NCBI GenBank assembly: GCA_015063485.1
Contig: SVUA01000006.1
Span: forward strand, 19,180-83,179
Reading direction: 5' to 3'
DNA: 64,000 bases
DNA from: Oscillospiraceae bacterium
Lineage (GTDB): Bacteria; Bacillota; Clostridia; Oscillospirales; CAG-272
Below the pieces are notes generated by a model, which saw nothing but the letters and a program-made list of their open reading frames with translations, did no database searches and was not told the origin of the DNA. Below, piece after piece: positions 54,362 to 63,863 of this stretch; position 1 is the stretch's first letter, and each line of letters begins with the position of its first letter. Both the position numbers and the translations under genes were made by a program.

Positions 54362-55741
54362 ATGTTCAAAAAAGAGTTGCTTGAAGAGGTATTGTCTGTC
54401 GCCATGTCAACGGGCGGCGACTTTGCCGAGGTTTACGGAGAGCATACCCGCAACAACAGTATTCAGCTCGTAAACGGAAAAATAGATAAGATAAACGATA
54501 ACGTATTGTCGGGCGTGGGTATCCGTGTTTTTTTAGGTCAGAGAACGGTCTACGCTTCAACGACCGACCTTACTCGCGAGGGTCTTATATCCTGTGCGCG
54601 TTCGGTAGCGGACGCTTTGGACGAAGGTAAGACAGCTCAAAGTATCGTTCTTACTCCTAAAGCTATTCTCGATATTCACCCCATAAAGATATATCCCGCG
54701 GGCGCGGAAATGCGCATAAAGACCGAGATTTTAAAGGACGCTTGTTTTGCCGCAAAGAACTTTTCCGAAAAGATCGCGCAGGTCCAAGGCTCACTTGCAA
54801 GTGTCGACCATGAAATAATAGTGGCTAACAGCGATGGGTTGCTCGTTCAAGACCGCCATGTAAGAACTCGTATAGGAGTAAGCTCCGTAGCCGCCGATAA
54901 CGGCGAAAATCAGTCGGGCTCTTGCTCACCCGGACGCAGTATGGGGCTTGAAATGTTCGAGCTTTTTGACCCCAAGGAAATAGGAATACATGCTTCAAGA
55001 CAAGCAATGGTAAATCTCGGCGCGGGTTATTGCAAGGCAGGACAAATGACGGTAGCTATCGAAAACGGCTTTGGAGGAGTTATATTCCACGAGGCTTGCG
55101 GACATTCGCTTGAGGCTACTCAGGTAGGTATCGGTATGTCCGAAATGTGCGGAAAGCTCGGGCAGAAGATAGCAAACGAAAAGGTCACGGCTATCGACGA
55201 CGGAACGATACCGAACGCTTGGGGCTCTGTCAATATCGACGACGAGGGCAATCCCACACAGAGAAACATTCTTATCGAAAACGGCGTTTTAAAGAAATAT
55301 ATGATAGACCGTCTCGGTTCAAGAAGAATGGGCATGGCTATGACGGGCAACAGTAGAAGACAAAGCTACACCTTTGAGCCTACGTCGAGAATGACAAATA
55401 CCTTTATAGATAACGGACCTGATAAAAATGAGGATATCATTGCTTCCATTGAATACGGTCTTTACGCAAAGGAAATGGGCGGAGGCTCGGTAAATCCTCT
55501 TACGGGAGAATTCAACTTCTCGGTACGCGAGGGATATATGGTTCGCAACGGTAAGATATGCGAGGCAGTACGCGGAGCATCGCTTATCGGTACGGGATCG
55601 CGTATCTTGCAGGATATCGATATGGTCGGACAGAATCTCGATTACGGTCAGGGAATGTGCGGTTCTTCAAGCGGAAGCGTTCCGACAGACGTCGGACAAC
55701 CGCTTATCCGCGTGAAAAAGATAACCGTTGGCGGCCGCTAA
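54362..55741 (+). CDS. tldD: TldD-family metalloprotease
   Basis: HEACGHSLE motif and a C-terminal GMCG..SGSVP. Confidence 0.85.
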   Translation: MFKKELLEEVLSVAMSTGGDFAEVYGEHTRNNSIQLVNGKIDKINDNVLSGVGIRVFLGQRTVYASTTDLTREGLISCARSVADALDEGKTAQSIVLTPKAILDIHPIKIYPAGAEMRIKTEILKDACFAAKNFSEKIAQVQGSLASVDHEIIVANSDGLLVQDRHVRTRIGVSSVAADNGENQSGSCSPGRSMGLEMFELFDPKEIGIHASRQAMVNLGAGYCKAGQMTVAIENGFGGVIFHEACGHSLEATQVGIGMSEMCGKLGQKIANEKVTAIDDGTIPNAWGSVNIDDEGNPTQRNILIENGVLKKYMIDRLGSRRMGMAMTGNSRRQSYTFEPTSRMTNTFIDNGPDKNEDIIASIEYGLYAKEMGGGSVNPLTGEFNFSVREGYMVRNGKICEAVRGASLIGTGSRILQDIDMVGQNLDYGQGMCGSSSGSVPTDVGQPLIRVKKITVGGR

Positions 55742-55757
55742 AGAAAGGAGAAGCTTC

Positions 55758-57101
55758 ATGAATTTTAATGCAGTCAAGGATATACTTGTCCGCGAGGCAA
55801 AAAACGCGGGACTTGATAAATATGACGTTTTCTTCATGGAATCCGAAGGGAAGAGCGCAGAGACCTTAAAGGACGAAATTTCATCTTTTTCACTCTCTGT
55901 AAACGGCGGCATCTGCTTTCGTTGTATCGTAGACGGACATATAGGAAGCGCATCTACCGAGCTTTTGACCGAAGAGGAAATGAGATCGCTCGTTTTACGC
56001 GCCATAGATAGCGCAAAATACGTTGAAAGCGACGACGAACCGATAATTTACGAGGGCGCGGAGGATTACGCAAAAATAAATGTAAAACAGGCAGAGCTTC
56101 CCGAACCCGCACAGATAAAAAATATTGCATTGTCTTTACAAAATCAGACCTATGAAAGCTCCGAATATATCACCGACGGAACGCAATCTGGTGTATTCTC
56201 CGAGCGTTTCAGTATGCAATTCGTAAATTCAAGCGGCTTGGATCTTTCACACTCCGCGGGAATGTGCGGAGCGTACGTTCAAGCAGTGGTCAACAAGGAC
56301 GGCGAATCGCAAGAAGCCTTCGATTACCGAATCGGTTTAAGCGAGGGCGACCTTGACGGTCTTGCGGCAAACGTCGTGGACGATGCTTTGTCAAAGCTCT
56401 CGGCTAAAGAGATAGACTCGGGAAGCTACGATATAATATTCAGCGGAAAACAAGCAAGAGCTTTGCTTTCGGCTTTTTCATCGGTATTTTCAGCAAAGAA
56501 CGCCCAGCTCGGACTTTCCTTGCTTAACGGCAAAGAGGGAGAGAAGATCGCGGCAGATCATATCACTATCGTCGACGACCCCATGCGCGAGGATTCTCCC
56601 ATGCAGATATCATTTGACGGAGAAGGCGTCGCAACCTATAAAAAGAATGTTATCGAAAACGGCGTTTTGAAAACTCTGCTTTATGACCTCGTGACCGCAA
56701 AGAAAGCGGGAAAAATGTTGTCTACGGGTAACGGACAAAGATCAAGCTACGCCGATTCGGTCCATATCGCGCCTTATAGCTTTTATATAGCCGCGGGAAA
56801 AGAATCAAACGACGAATTAATGGCTCGTGTTCAGAACGGCATCTATATAACCGAAATGAAGGGCTTGCACGCGGGAGCAAATGCCGTAACGGGAGATTTC
56901 TCGATAGAGAGTGCGGGATTTGCCATAAGAGACGGAAAACGCGCGGAGGCGATACACTCGTTTACGGTAGCGGGAAATTTCTTTGAGTGGCTTAAATCAA
57001 TAGAAGCCGTAAGCAATACCGTTGCTTTTGGAATGCCCGGATTCACTTGCTATGGCTCTCCCGACGTTTTAGTACGCAAAATGAGCGTAGCGGGAAAATA
57101 A
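55758..57101 (+). CDS. pmbA: PmbA/TldE-family protein (TldD partner)
   Basis: A TldD paralog without the HExxxH motif. The ATG at 55758 follows AAAGGAG. Confidence 0.8.
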   Translation: MNFNAVKDILVREAKNAGLDKYDVFFMESEGKSAETLKDEISSFSLSVNGGICFRCIVDGHIGSASTELLTEEEMRSLVLRAIDSAKYVESDDEPIIYEGAEDYAKINVKQAELPEPAQIKNIALSLQNQTYESSEYITDGTQSGVFSERFSMQFVNSSGLDLSHSAGMCGAYVQAVVNKDGESQEAFDYRIGLSEGDLDGLAANVVDDALSKLSAKEIDSGSYDIIFSGKQARALLSAFSSVFSAKNAQLGLSLLNGKEGEKIAADHITIVDDPMREDSPMQISFDGEGVATYKKNVIENGVLKTLLYDLVTAKKAGKMLSTGNGQRSSYADSVHIAPYSFYIAAGKESNDELMARVQNGIYITEMKGLHAGANAVTGDFSIESAGFAIRDGKRAEAIHSFTVAGNFFEWLKSIEAVSNTVAFGMPGFTCYGSPDVLVRKMSVAGK

Positions 57102-57115
57102 TACTCGTATTTGTA

Positions 57116-57144
57116 TTGACAAAAATCTACTGTTGTGTTAAAAT
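57116..57144 (+). promoter_or_regulatory. Sigma-A promoter of glyQS (TTGACA-17 nt-TGtTAAAAT)
   Basis: -35 at 57116-57121 and extended -10 at 57136-57144. Confidence 0.6.
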
Positions 57145-57187
57145 ATTTAAGATATAATATTTTTCTTATAAAAGAAAGGACGTTATC

Positions 57188-58585
57188 ATGAACAATTCAG
57201 AAAAAACAATGGATAAAATAGTCGCTCTTTGTAAAAACCGCGGATTTATTTTCCCCGGTTCAGAGATCTACGGCGGACTTGCAAACTCTTGGGACTACGG
57301 ACCTCTTGGCGTTGAGTTTAAAAACAACGTTAAAAAGGCATGGTGGAAGAAATTCGTTCAGGAGTGCCGTTATAACGTAGGACTTGACAGTGCTATTATC
57401 ATGAACCCTCAGACTTGGGTCGCTTCGGGCCACGTAGGAGGCTTTTCCGATCCTTTGATGGACTGTAAGGCTTGTAAGACCCGTCACAGAGCGGATAAGC
57501 TTATAGAGGAATATGCTTTCGCAAATGGACTTGAGGACAATCCTGCGGGCTGGACCTTCGAGCAGATGGCGGCTTATATCAAGGAAAAGGGAATAGTATG
57601 CCCCGATTGCGGAGCAAAGGAATTTACCGATATTAAGAAGTTTAACCTTATGTTTAAGACCTATCAGGGCGTTACAGAGGATTCTTCAACAGAGCTTTAT
57701 CTCCGTCCCGAGACTGCACAGGGTATCTTTGTAGAATTCCCCAACATTCAGCGTTCGGCAAGAAAGAAGCTTCCTTTCGGTGTTTGCCAGATAGGTAAGT
57801 CCTTCCGTAACGAGATAACCCCCGGTAACTTCACCTTCCGTACCCGTGAGTTTGAGCAGATGGAGCTTGAGTTCTTCTGCAAGCCGGGTACTGACCTTGA
57901 GTGGTTCAACTTCTGGAAGGATTATTGCAAGAAGTGGCTTCTCGACCTCGGCATGAGAGAGGAGAACCTCAAGCTTCGCGACCATAGTCCCGAGGAGCTT
58001 TGCTTCTATTCCAAGGCAACCACAGACTTCGAATTTTTGTTCCCGTTCGGTTGGGGCGAGCTTTGGGGCGTTGCGGACAGAACCGATTACGACCTTTCTC
58101 AGCACGCAAAGCATAGCGGTAAGGATATGACCTACTTTGATCCCGAGACTAACGAAAAGTACGTTCCTTACGTCGTAGAGCCTTCTCTGGGCGCGGACCG
58201 TGTAGCTCTCGCGTTCCTTGTTGACGCTTACGACGAGGAGATAGTTGATCCCGAGAAAAACGATATGCGTGTCGTTCTTCATTTGCATCCGTTCCTTGCT
58301 CCTTTCAAGGCAGCGATTCTTCCGCTCTCCAAGAAGCTCAGCGAGGGCGCGGATAAGGTATATACCGAACTTGCAAAATATTTCCCCGTAGATTACGACG
58401 AGGCAGGCTCTATCGGTAAGAGATATCGCCGTCAGGACGAGATCGGCACACCTCTTTGCATTACTTACGACTTCGACTCCGAGACCGACGGTTGCGTAAC
58501 CGTTCGTGACAGAGACACCATGGAGCAGGTAAGAATTCCGATAACCGAGCTTAAAGCTTATATTGAAAAGGCAATAGAGTTCTAA
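57188..58585 (+). CDS. glyQS: Glycine--tRNA ligase (alpha2 homodimeric type)
   Basis: 465 aa. N-terminus [23 protein letters not shown], class II motifs, and an anticodon-binding C-domain. Confidence 0.95.
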   Translation: MNNSEKTMDKIVALCKNRGFIFPGSEIYGGLANSWDYGPLGVEFKNNVKKAWWKKFVQECRYNVGLDSAIIMNPQTWVASGHVGGFSDPLMDCKACKTRHRADKLIEEYAFANGLEDNPAGWTFEQMAAYIKEKGIVCPDCGAKEFTDIKKFNLMFKTYQGVTEDSSTELYLRPETAQGIFVEFPNIQRSARKKLPFGVCQIGKSFRNEITPGNFTFRTREFEQMELEFFCKPGTDLEWFNFWKDYCKKWLLDLGMREENLKLRDHSPEELCFYSKATTDFEFLFPFGWGELWGVADRTDYDLSQHAKHSGKDMTYFDPETNEKYVPYVVEPSLGADRVALAFLVDAYDEEIVDPEKNDMRVVLHLHPFLAPFKAAILPLSKKLSEGADKVYTELAKYFPVDYDEAGSIGKRYRRQDEIGTPLCITYDFDSETDGCVTVRDRDTMEQVRIPITELKAYIEKAIEF

Positions 58586-58603
58586 TATTAAATATTATAA
58601 AAG

Positions 58604-58639
58604 AAAAAAGGGTTCGGAATATGTTTTTGAACCCTTTTT
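58604..58639 (+). terminator. Rho-independent terminator after glyQS
   Basis: Stem AAAAGGGTTC/GAACCCTTTT followed by a T-run. Confidence 0.75.
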
Positions 58640-58655
58640 ATCTTAAGAGGAAACC

Positions 58656-60410
58656 ATGAAAAAGATAATCAGTATTTTATTATTGTTCTCAATTTTGTTA
58701 TGTGCCGTTTCGTGCGCAAAGCCAAGCGCAGATGGAGAAAAAAACGCGGAAGAAACCACCACTAATACGACCGTCCGGAACAATACGCCCGTAAAGCAAC
58801 CGTACGAAGATATTATAAAAGAATATACAAATCTTTTACTTAAAAAGATCGACGGTAAAGAAATCGCAGAGCCAAATGGCAATGCGAATGAGATAGACGT
58901 TGCTTTGTACGAGATCGTTCGTGATTGCAGCGATGCTTCAACTATGGGGTACGCTACCAATGATATTAACGATGACGGAGTTGACGAACTTGTTCTGCTT
59001 AACAAAAGCAACAGACTTTCCGCCTTGTTTACACTCAAAAACGATTCTCCCATTTTGCTTTTGAATATGGATAAACTTAAAGCGAGCATTGCTTCCGACG
59101 GTACGGTATATGCCAATAAATATATCAAAAATAAGGGAGACTATACTTATATAAAGAAATTAGTCGATGGAAAGCTCGAAGGACTTGAATATGGCGGTTA
59201 CGTCGTTGACGAAAAAACTGTCGAGTATTACAAGATCGAAAACGGAGAGAGGACAAAGATCTCCGCAGATGAAAAGAACCTATTAGACAGTTCTGTTCAA
59301 TCTGTTTTCTTCAATCCTTTGTATAACACTAAAAAAACAGGATTTAGATTTATTTCCGCTATATCGGACGATTCCGAAAGCAATAACGCTCCCGTTGCGG
59401 ATTTTTTCAGCTATGACGGTATTCTTTCCGCATATAAAATAATCGTTGAAAGCTTTTCGGAATATTCTCAAGCTTCTTGGACAAACGGCAAATTTGACGA
59501 GCTGTTTAATATCTCCGATAACGAAAGCTACGATGTGTTTCATAAGATATATCTCGGTGGGATCTCATATAGACCGACGGAAACTTATTTTGGACAGGAA
59601 TATGATAAAAACGGAGATAATTCGTATGGATACGCAAAAAAAGATCTGAACGGTGACGGCGTTGAGGAATTGCTGCTTCTTACCGATAATTATGAGATTT
59701 TTGCCGTATTTACAATGAAGGACGGCAAGGCTGTATTGCTCGACTTGGGAAGCAGCGTGTGGATAGACGAAAACGGATATATGAGAAAGTCCGTAAACAC
59801 AGGCGGCGTAGTCGATCGAGACGGTGAGTTCTTTGTGTATAAGCTCGACGGCACAACACTCAATGTTATCGTCGGAGTAGGCTTTAAGGTCAATGTATAT
59901 TTGAAAAAGGAAGCTTGGTATAAGACAGACGGAAAAACAAAGACGAATATCTCCAACGAGGAGGGAGAGGCGTTATATGCAACGTATAAAGTTTGTCCAC
60001 ATGACTATTGCGAAGATGAGTATACAAGAAACTTCTCGGGAATTGAGTTTGTTCCGTTGTTCAAAACTATGCTCGCGACACAGAAGCATATCAATACATT
60101 TTCCAATATTAAGTTTGTAAACGGAAGTACGTTTACTGTATCAGCAATTTCGGACAATGACGTAACGATGAGTATCAAGTTTGTCCATACGGTCGGTCAA
60201 TTTGATCCTAAAACGAATCCTGAACCCGAAGTTTATATCACTAACATTGATAGCAAGGCTGTGCGTAACGGAAACAAATATAACTTTGAAATAGACGGTA
60301 TCAAAGGATATATCGAGTTTGCCGTAAACTCTGCTTGGGTAACGATTACCGAGAGCACAAACGAGCACGTCGCTTGCAGAGCGTATTTGTTTGACTACCC
60401 TGAAAATTAA
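58656..60410 (+). CDS. Lipoprotein of unknown function with two DxNxDGxxE (Ca-binding/FG-GAP-like) modules
   Basis: Signal peptide with lipobox LLCAVSC. Two internal modules: GYATNDINDDGVDELVLL...FTLKND and GYAKKDLNGDGVEELLLL...FTMKDG. Confidence 0.6.
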   Translation: MKKIISILLLFSILLCAVSCAKPSADGEKNAEETTTNTTVRNNTPVKQPYEDIIKEYTNLLLKKIDGKEIAEPNGNANEIDVALYEIVRDCSDASTMGYATNDINDDGVDELVLLNKSNRLSALFTLKNDSPILLLNMDKLKASIASDGTVYANKYIKNKGDYTYIKKLVDGKLEGLEYGGYVVDEKTVEYYKIENGERTKISADEKNLLDSSVQSVFFNPLYNTKKTGFRFISAISDDSESNNAPVADFFSYDGILSAYKIIVESFSEYSQASWTNGKFDELFNISDNESYDVFHKIYLGGISYRPTETYFGQEYDKNGDNSYGYAKKDLNGDGVEELLLLTDNYEIFAVFTMKDGKAVLLDLGSSVWIDENGYMRKSVNTGGVVDRDGEFFVYKLDGTTLNVIVGVGFKVNVYLKKEAWYKTDGKTKTNISNEEGEALYATYKVCPHDYCEDEYTRNFSGIEFVPLFKTMLATQKHINTFSNIKFVNGSTFTVSAISDNDVTMSIKFVHTVGQFDPKTNPEPEVYITNIDSKAVRNGNKYNFEIDGIKGYIEFAVNSAWVTITESTNEHVACRAYLFDYPEN

Positions 60411-60421
60411 AATCGATAGAC

Positions 60422-60456
60422 AAAAGGTGGGATCATAGATTCCGCCTTTTAATTTT
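60422..60456 (+). terminator. Rho-independent terminator after the lipoprotein gene
   Basis: Stem AAAAGGTGGGA/TCCGCCTTTT (with G-U pairs) followed by TTTTAATTTT. Confidence 0.65.
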
Positions 60457-60492
60457 GTTCCAACAAGCACCAAGCAGAGCCGGTGATCTTGA

Positions 60493-60508
60493 CTAAAAAA
60501 TTATAGGT
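60493..60508. repeat. 16-nt exact direct repeat CTAAAAAATTATAGGT, copy 1 (just 3' of the AraC gene)
   Basis: Identical to 61303-61318. Confidence 0.9.
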
Positions 60509-60511
60509 GAT

Positions 60512-61285
60512 TTATTTTTTATCCTTAAGATGATATGCGCGGAAATCGGTAGGATTTTTCTTGGCATATTTGTGAAATGCATTTGTAAAATAAAACGGAT
60601 TTGAATATCCGCACATTTCGGATATTTGCGTAATGCTGTAATTTGTGGTCATCAAAAGATGCTTGGCATAGCGCAGACGTAGATGAATGAGGTACTTCGC
60701 GGGAGTAGTGCCTAACTCGTTTTTGAATTTGTATATAAGAGTGCAATGACTTAAATAAACTCGTTCAGCCAGATATTCCATTTCTATCCGTTCGCTAAGG
60801 TGCTGATTCATATATTGAATAGTATCGGTCACAGCTTCGCTTAAAACCTTAGGACTATCTTTTTTTGATTTACCGAAAAGATAGTTTTCGGTAAAAATAT
60901 ATCCGATTATTTGTTCTATAAGCTCATTGTTATTTGTAAGCGGATATGCGCGGCGTATGCTCTGAAAAATAACATCTGACTGTTCTTTAGTCAATACTAA
61001 TTTTCCCGAAAGTGCCACACGGTATATAGGATTCTCCAAATTTGTATAAAAAGCAATTTGATAAAAGGTCAGAGCATCTATGACCTCTCGATGAATTTCG
61101 GTATTTGCAGGCATAAGAGCTATTTCTCCTGCGTGAAGCTCAAATGACTTCTTTTTATCTCCTAAAGTAACCTTACACGTTCCGCTTTCAACGAGCATTA
61201 TCAAATTAAAGCCTCGATATATTATTGGATACTTAAAAACTTTCAAATCTTCATAAAGAAGAGTGTTTATAACATCTATCTGCAT
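60512..61285 (-). CDS. AraC-family transcriptional regulator (cupin N-domain plus HTH)
   Basis: The C-terminus ISEMCGYSNPFYFTNAFHKYAKKNPTDFR is a typical AraC second HTH. An AGGTGGAG RBS lies upstream. Confidence 0.85.
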   Translation of the reverse strand: MQIDVINTLLYEDLKVFKYPIIYRGFNLIMLVESGTCKVTLGDKKKSFELHAGEIALMPANTEIHREVIDALTFYQIAFYTNLENPIYRVALSGKLVLTKEQSDVIFQSIRRAYPLTNNNELIEQIIGYIFTENYLFGKSKKDSPKVLSEAVTDTIQYMNQHLSERIEMEYLAERVYLSHCTLIYKFKNELGTTPAKYLIHLRLRYAKHLLMTTNYSITQISEMCGYSNPFYFTNAFHKYAKKNPTDFRAYHLKDKK

Positions 61286-61302
61286 ACTCCACCTATGCTT
61301 TG

Positions 61303-61318
61303 CTAAAAAATTATAGGT
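61303..61318. repeat. 16-nt exact direct repeat CTAAAAAATTATAGGT, copy 2 (AraC leader / divergent intergenic region)
   Basis: Identical to 60493-60508. Confidence 0.9.
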
Positions 61319-61320
61319 AT

Positions 61321-61349
61321 ATTATAATTTATTTTATGGCTTTTGTCAA
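61321..61349 (-). promoter_or_regulatory. Sigma-A promoter of the AraC gene (TTGACA-17 nt-TATAAT)
   Basis: On the minus strand, -35 is at 61349-61344 and -10 at 61326-61321. Confidence 0.55.
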
Positions 61350-61391
61350 GCGTTTGTGTTATAATTATGAAGAAAGAGGGGAGGAAGAAAA

Positions 61392-62747
61392 ATGAAAAGA
61401 TTGGACGCAACTAAAGGACCTATAGTAAAATCAATATTTATATTCGCTATTCCTCTTATTTTGATGACCTTGGCACAACATTTGTTTGATATCGCCGACA
61501 AAGCGGTGCTTGGACAAATGGCGGATTCTGTTGCCGTTGCATCGGTCGGAGTTACATCTGCAATTACAACGCTTATACTCAACGGATTTGTCGGACTTGC
61601 TACGGGAACAGGTATAGTTCTTGCGCGATTTGTAGGACAAAAAAATGAAGAGAAGAGCAAAAAAATTGTTGAAACGGCACTTATTTCAAGCGTTGTGTTT
61701 GGATGTATAGTAGCCTTTATAGGTATCATATTTACTCCTCAATTTCTTCGTCTTATAAACTGTCCCGAGGAATGCTTTGGGGGTGCGCTTATTTATTTTC
61801 GCATCTATATTGCTTCGGCTCCGATCGCATTGCTTTATAATTACGGTGCGGTTATCGTCAGAACCTTCGGAGATACGCAACGCCCACTTTACTATATATT
61901 GTTAAGCGGAATTATAAACGTAGTGCTGAATATCGTGCTGTGCTTTATATTGCCGCAAAAGGTCGTTGCGGTAGCCGTTGCGACGGTAGTTTCAAAAATC
62001 ATCAGCGCAGTACTTGTAGTACGCCGTATTTTCGCGTTTGATGATTTCATAAAGCTCTCATTAAAAAAATTCAGATTTGATTTTGAATCGTTTAAATTGA
62101 TATTGCGTTTTGGAATTCCCGTTTCTATATCAAATTTGTTGCTGCCTATCGCGAATCTACAGATCGTTCCCCAGATAAACTCCTACGGTGTAGCGGCTAC
62201 CGCTGGAAATACAGCAGCTCACGATCTATTGTCAATTCCTGCAGCTTTCATAAATGGATTTTCTGCTGCTACCTCAACCTTTATGGGACAGAATATCGGA
62301 GCACAAAAAAAGGATCGTGTAAAAAGATCCTTTTGGTACACTCTTCTTTTCTCCGTATTATTCGGAGGAAGTATAGGCGTTTTAATATACTTAACAGGTG
62401 AATTTTTCCTTGGTCTTATTATCGGAACGTCATCGATTGAAGCAATAAAATACGGTATGATAAGATTGTTTTACGTAAACGGATTTTGTTTCATTCATGC
62501 TTATGGTAGCGTTTTAGGTTCGGCTGAACACGCATATGGATATCCGTTCCTTGGAACGCTCAAAACCATAGTATGTGTGCTTTTATTCAGGGTTATATGG
62601 ATGAATTTCGTATATCCGCTCGCGCCTACATTTGATACGATTATGATGTGCTTTACTGTTTCGTGGATACTTATTGCGATATTCAATACGATTGCGGTAT
62701 CAATTATAAGTATGCGTTATCGAAAAGGCTTGTATAAAAAGATCTGA
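61392..62747 (+). CDS. MATE-family efflux transporter
   Basis: 451 aa with 12 helices. The N-terminus GPIVKSIFIFAIPLILMTLAQHLFDIADKAVLGQ is typical of MATE proteins. Confidence 0.9.
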   Translation: MKRLDATKGPIVKSIFIFAIPLILMTLAQHLFDIADKAVLGQMADSVAVASVGVTSAITTLILNGFVGLATGTGIVLARFVGQKNEEKSKKIVETALISSVVFGCIVAFIGIIFTPQFLRLINCPEECFGGALIYFRIYIASAPIALLYNYGAVIVRTFGDTQRPLYYILLSGIINVVLNIVLCFILPQKVVAVAVATVVSKIISAVLVVRRIFAFDDFIKLSLKKFRFDFESFKLILRFGIPVSISNLLLPIANLQIVPQINSYGVAATAGNTAAHDLLSIPAAFINGFSAATSTFMGQNIGAQKKDRVKRSFWYTLLFSVLFGGSIGVLIYLTGEFFLGLIIGTSSIEAIKYGMIRLFYVNGFCFIHAYGSVLGSAEHAYGYPFLGTLKTIVCVLLFRVIWMNFVYPLAPTFDTIMMCFTVSWILIAIFNTIAVSIISMRYRKGLYKKI

Positions 62748-62755
62748 ACAGATAT

Positions 62756-62789
62756 AAAAATAGCTATCTCGATCGAAATAGCTATTTTT
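62756..62789 (+). terminator. Rho-independent terminator after the MATE gene
   Basis: 12-bp stem AAAAATAGCTAT/ATAGCTATTTTT followed by a T-run. Confidence 0.8.
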
Positions 62790-62881
62790 GTGTTTTATAT
62801 GTAATGATATTTGTTTTTCTTTACTATAACAAAAACATAGCATATAGTCACATAAATGTCAATTGCTTTATTACAAATCAC

Positions 62882-63099
62882 TTCAAGGTAATACTTAGAA
62901 AGAATAAATTGCGAGACATACGCTTCCACGAGTTGCGACACTCCTGCGCGTCCTTGCTACTTGCAAAGGGAATACCGATGAAGATGATTCAGGATTGCTC
63001 GGACACTCGGATATGTCGACTACGGCGAATATTTATAGCCATATCGATAGTACGAGTAAAAAGGAGACTGCACAGGCGATTGGAGAGTTGCTGGGGTGA
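62882..63099 (+). pseudogene. 3' relic of a tyrosine recombinase (phage-type integrase) gene with a 1-nt frameshift
   Basis: Translates to FKVILRKNKLRDIRFHELRHSCASLLLAKGIPMKMIQD, then a missing G in the expected TGG at about 62997/62998. The +1 frame continues LGHSDMSTTANIYSHIDSTSKKETAQAIGELLG*. The HxLRH box and the catalytic Tyr (NIYSH) are recognisable. The N-terminal ~300 codons are absent. Confidence 0.75.
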
Positions 63100-63114
63100 G
63101 GGTAAGGATAGAGA

Positions 63115-63140
63115 AAGGGCTACCGTGGCGGTAGCCTTTG
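63115..63140 (+). terminator. Terminator hairpin retained after the integrase relic
   Basis: Stem GGCTACCG/CGGTAGCC with a 3-nt loop, then TTT. Confidence 0.6.
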
Positions 63141-63179
63141 TGAGATATGGCGTTTGACAAATTGAAATTCATTTAACTA

Positions 63180-63863
63180 TTAATATTCAAAAATCAAAGG
63201 AGCAATCTGTTTAGTAAAAGCATTCTTTCTTGGCTTTATCGTCACCCGTTTTGTACTGACTTGAATATCACCGAGATAATCTAACCTCACAGTTTCTGGC
63301 AAATCCTTTTCCAAAAGCAAGTTTCCTTCCGCATCATACACCATCAAGAGCGGATAATACTTACAGGAATCCAAATAACGCAAGAAAATTACAGCCCTAC
63401 GGTTTGTGCTGACTTTTTCTTTGAATTTCATCAGCATATTCTCACCTTGCTCAACTGCTTGTTGAACAGAAGAAAGTATACGTGTTTCATTAAAGTACTG
63501 CGATGAAAAATAAGTAACAAGAATATTGCTTACACATTGGATAATATAACCGTAGTCTTCTAAAGAATCGAGCTTGTTGTACATATCTTTTTCGATGTGA
63601 ACCAAACAATATCTATACCACGGATGATATTTGTCTATATAGTCAGATAAGATTGTTTTCTCTCCTATATCACAGGTAGTAAGGTTGATATACAAATGGT
63701 CAAATTCGCCAAGAGAAAATTCGCTCTCACGCAATTTCATAACCACTCTTTCTATAATAGCGTTTAACTTTTTGTCAGCAAAAGATTCTACGGCATAAAT
63801 ACCATGCTCATTTCGCGATTCACTTTTATACAAGCGGATATCGCTAATTATTTTTCCTTTCAT
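63180..63863 (-). CDS. Hypothetical cytoplasmic protein (227 aa), no recognisable family
   Basis: A clean ORF with a GGAAGGTG RBS and an upstream TTGCTT-17 nt-TATAAT element (63936-63908). It lies next to the integrase relic. Confidence 0.5.
   Translation of the reverse strand: MKGKIISDIRLYKSESRNEHGIYAVESFADKKLNAIIERVVMKLRESEFSLGEFDHLYINLTTCDIGEKTILSDYIDKYHPWYRYCLVHIEKDMYNKLDSLEDYGYIIQCVSNILVTYFSSQYFNETRILSSVQQAVEQGENMLMKFKEKVSTNRRAVIFLRYLDSCKYYPLLMVYDAEGNLLLEKDLPETVRLDYLGDIQVSTKRVTIKPRKNAFTKQIAPLIFEY

Noticed and set aside
57102-57187. A possible T-box leader upstream of glyQS.
   Set aside because: The spacer is only 86 nt and is largely taken up by a consensus promoter and RBS. There is no room for stem I, a specifier loop or an antiterminator, and no T-box sequence is seen.
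62804-63157. The listed 117-aa ORF taken as an intact gene.
   Set aside because: Only residues ~27-63 look like a real protein (integrase box II). The rest is out-of-frame read-through after a 1-nt deletion, and the N-terminus is non-coding AT-rich DNA. It is better described as an integrase pseudogene fragment.
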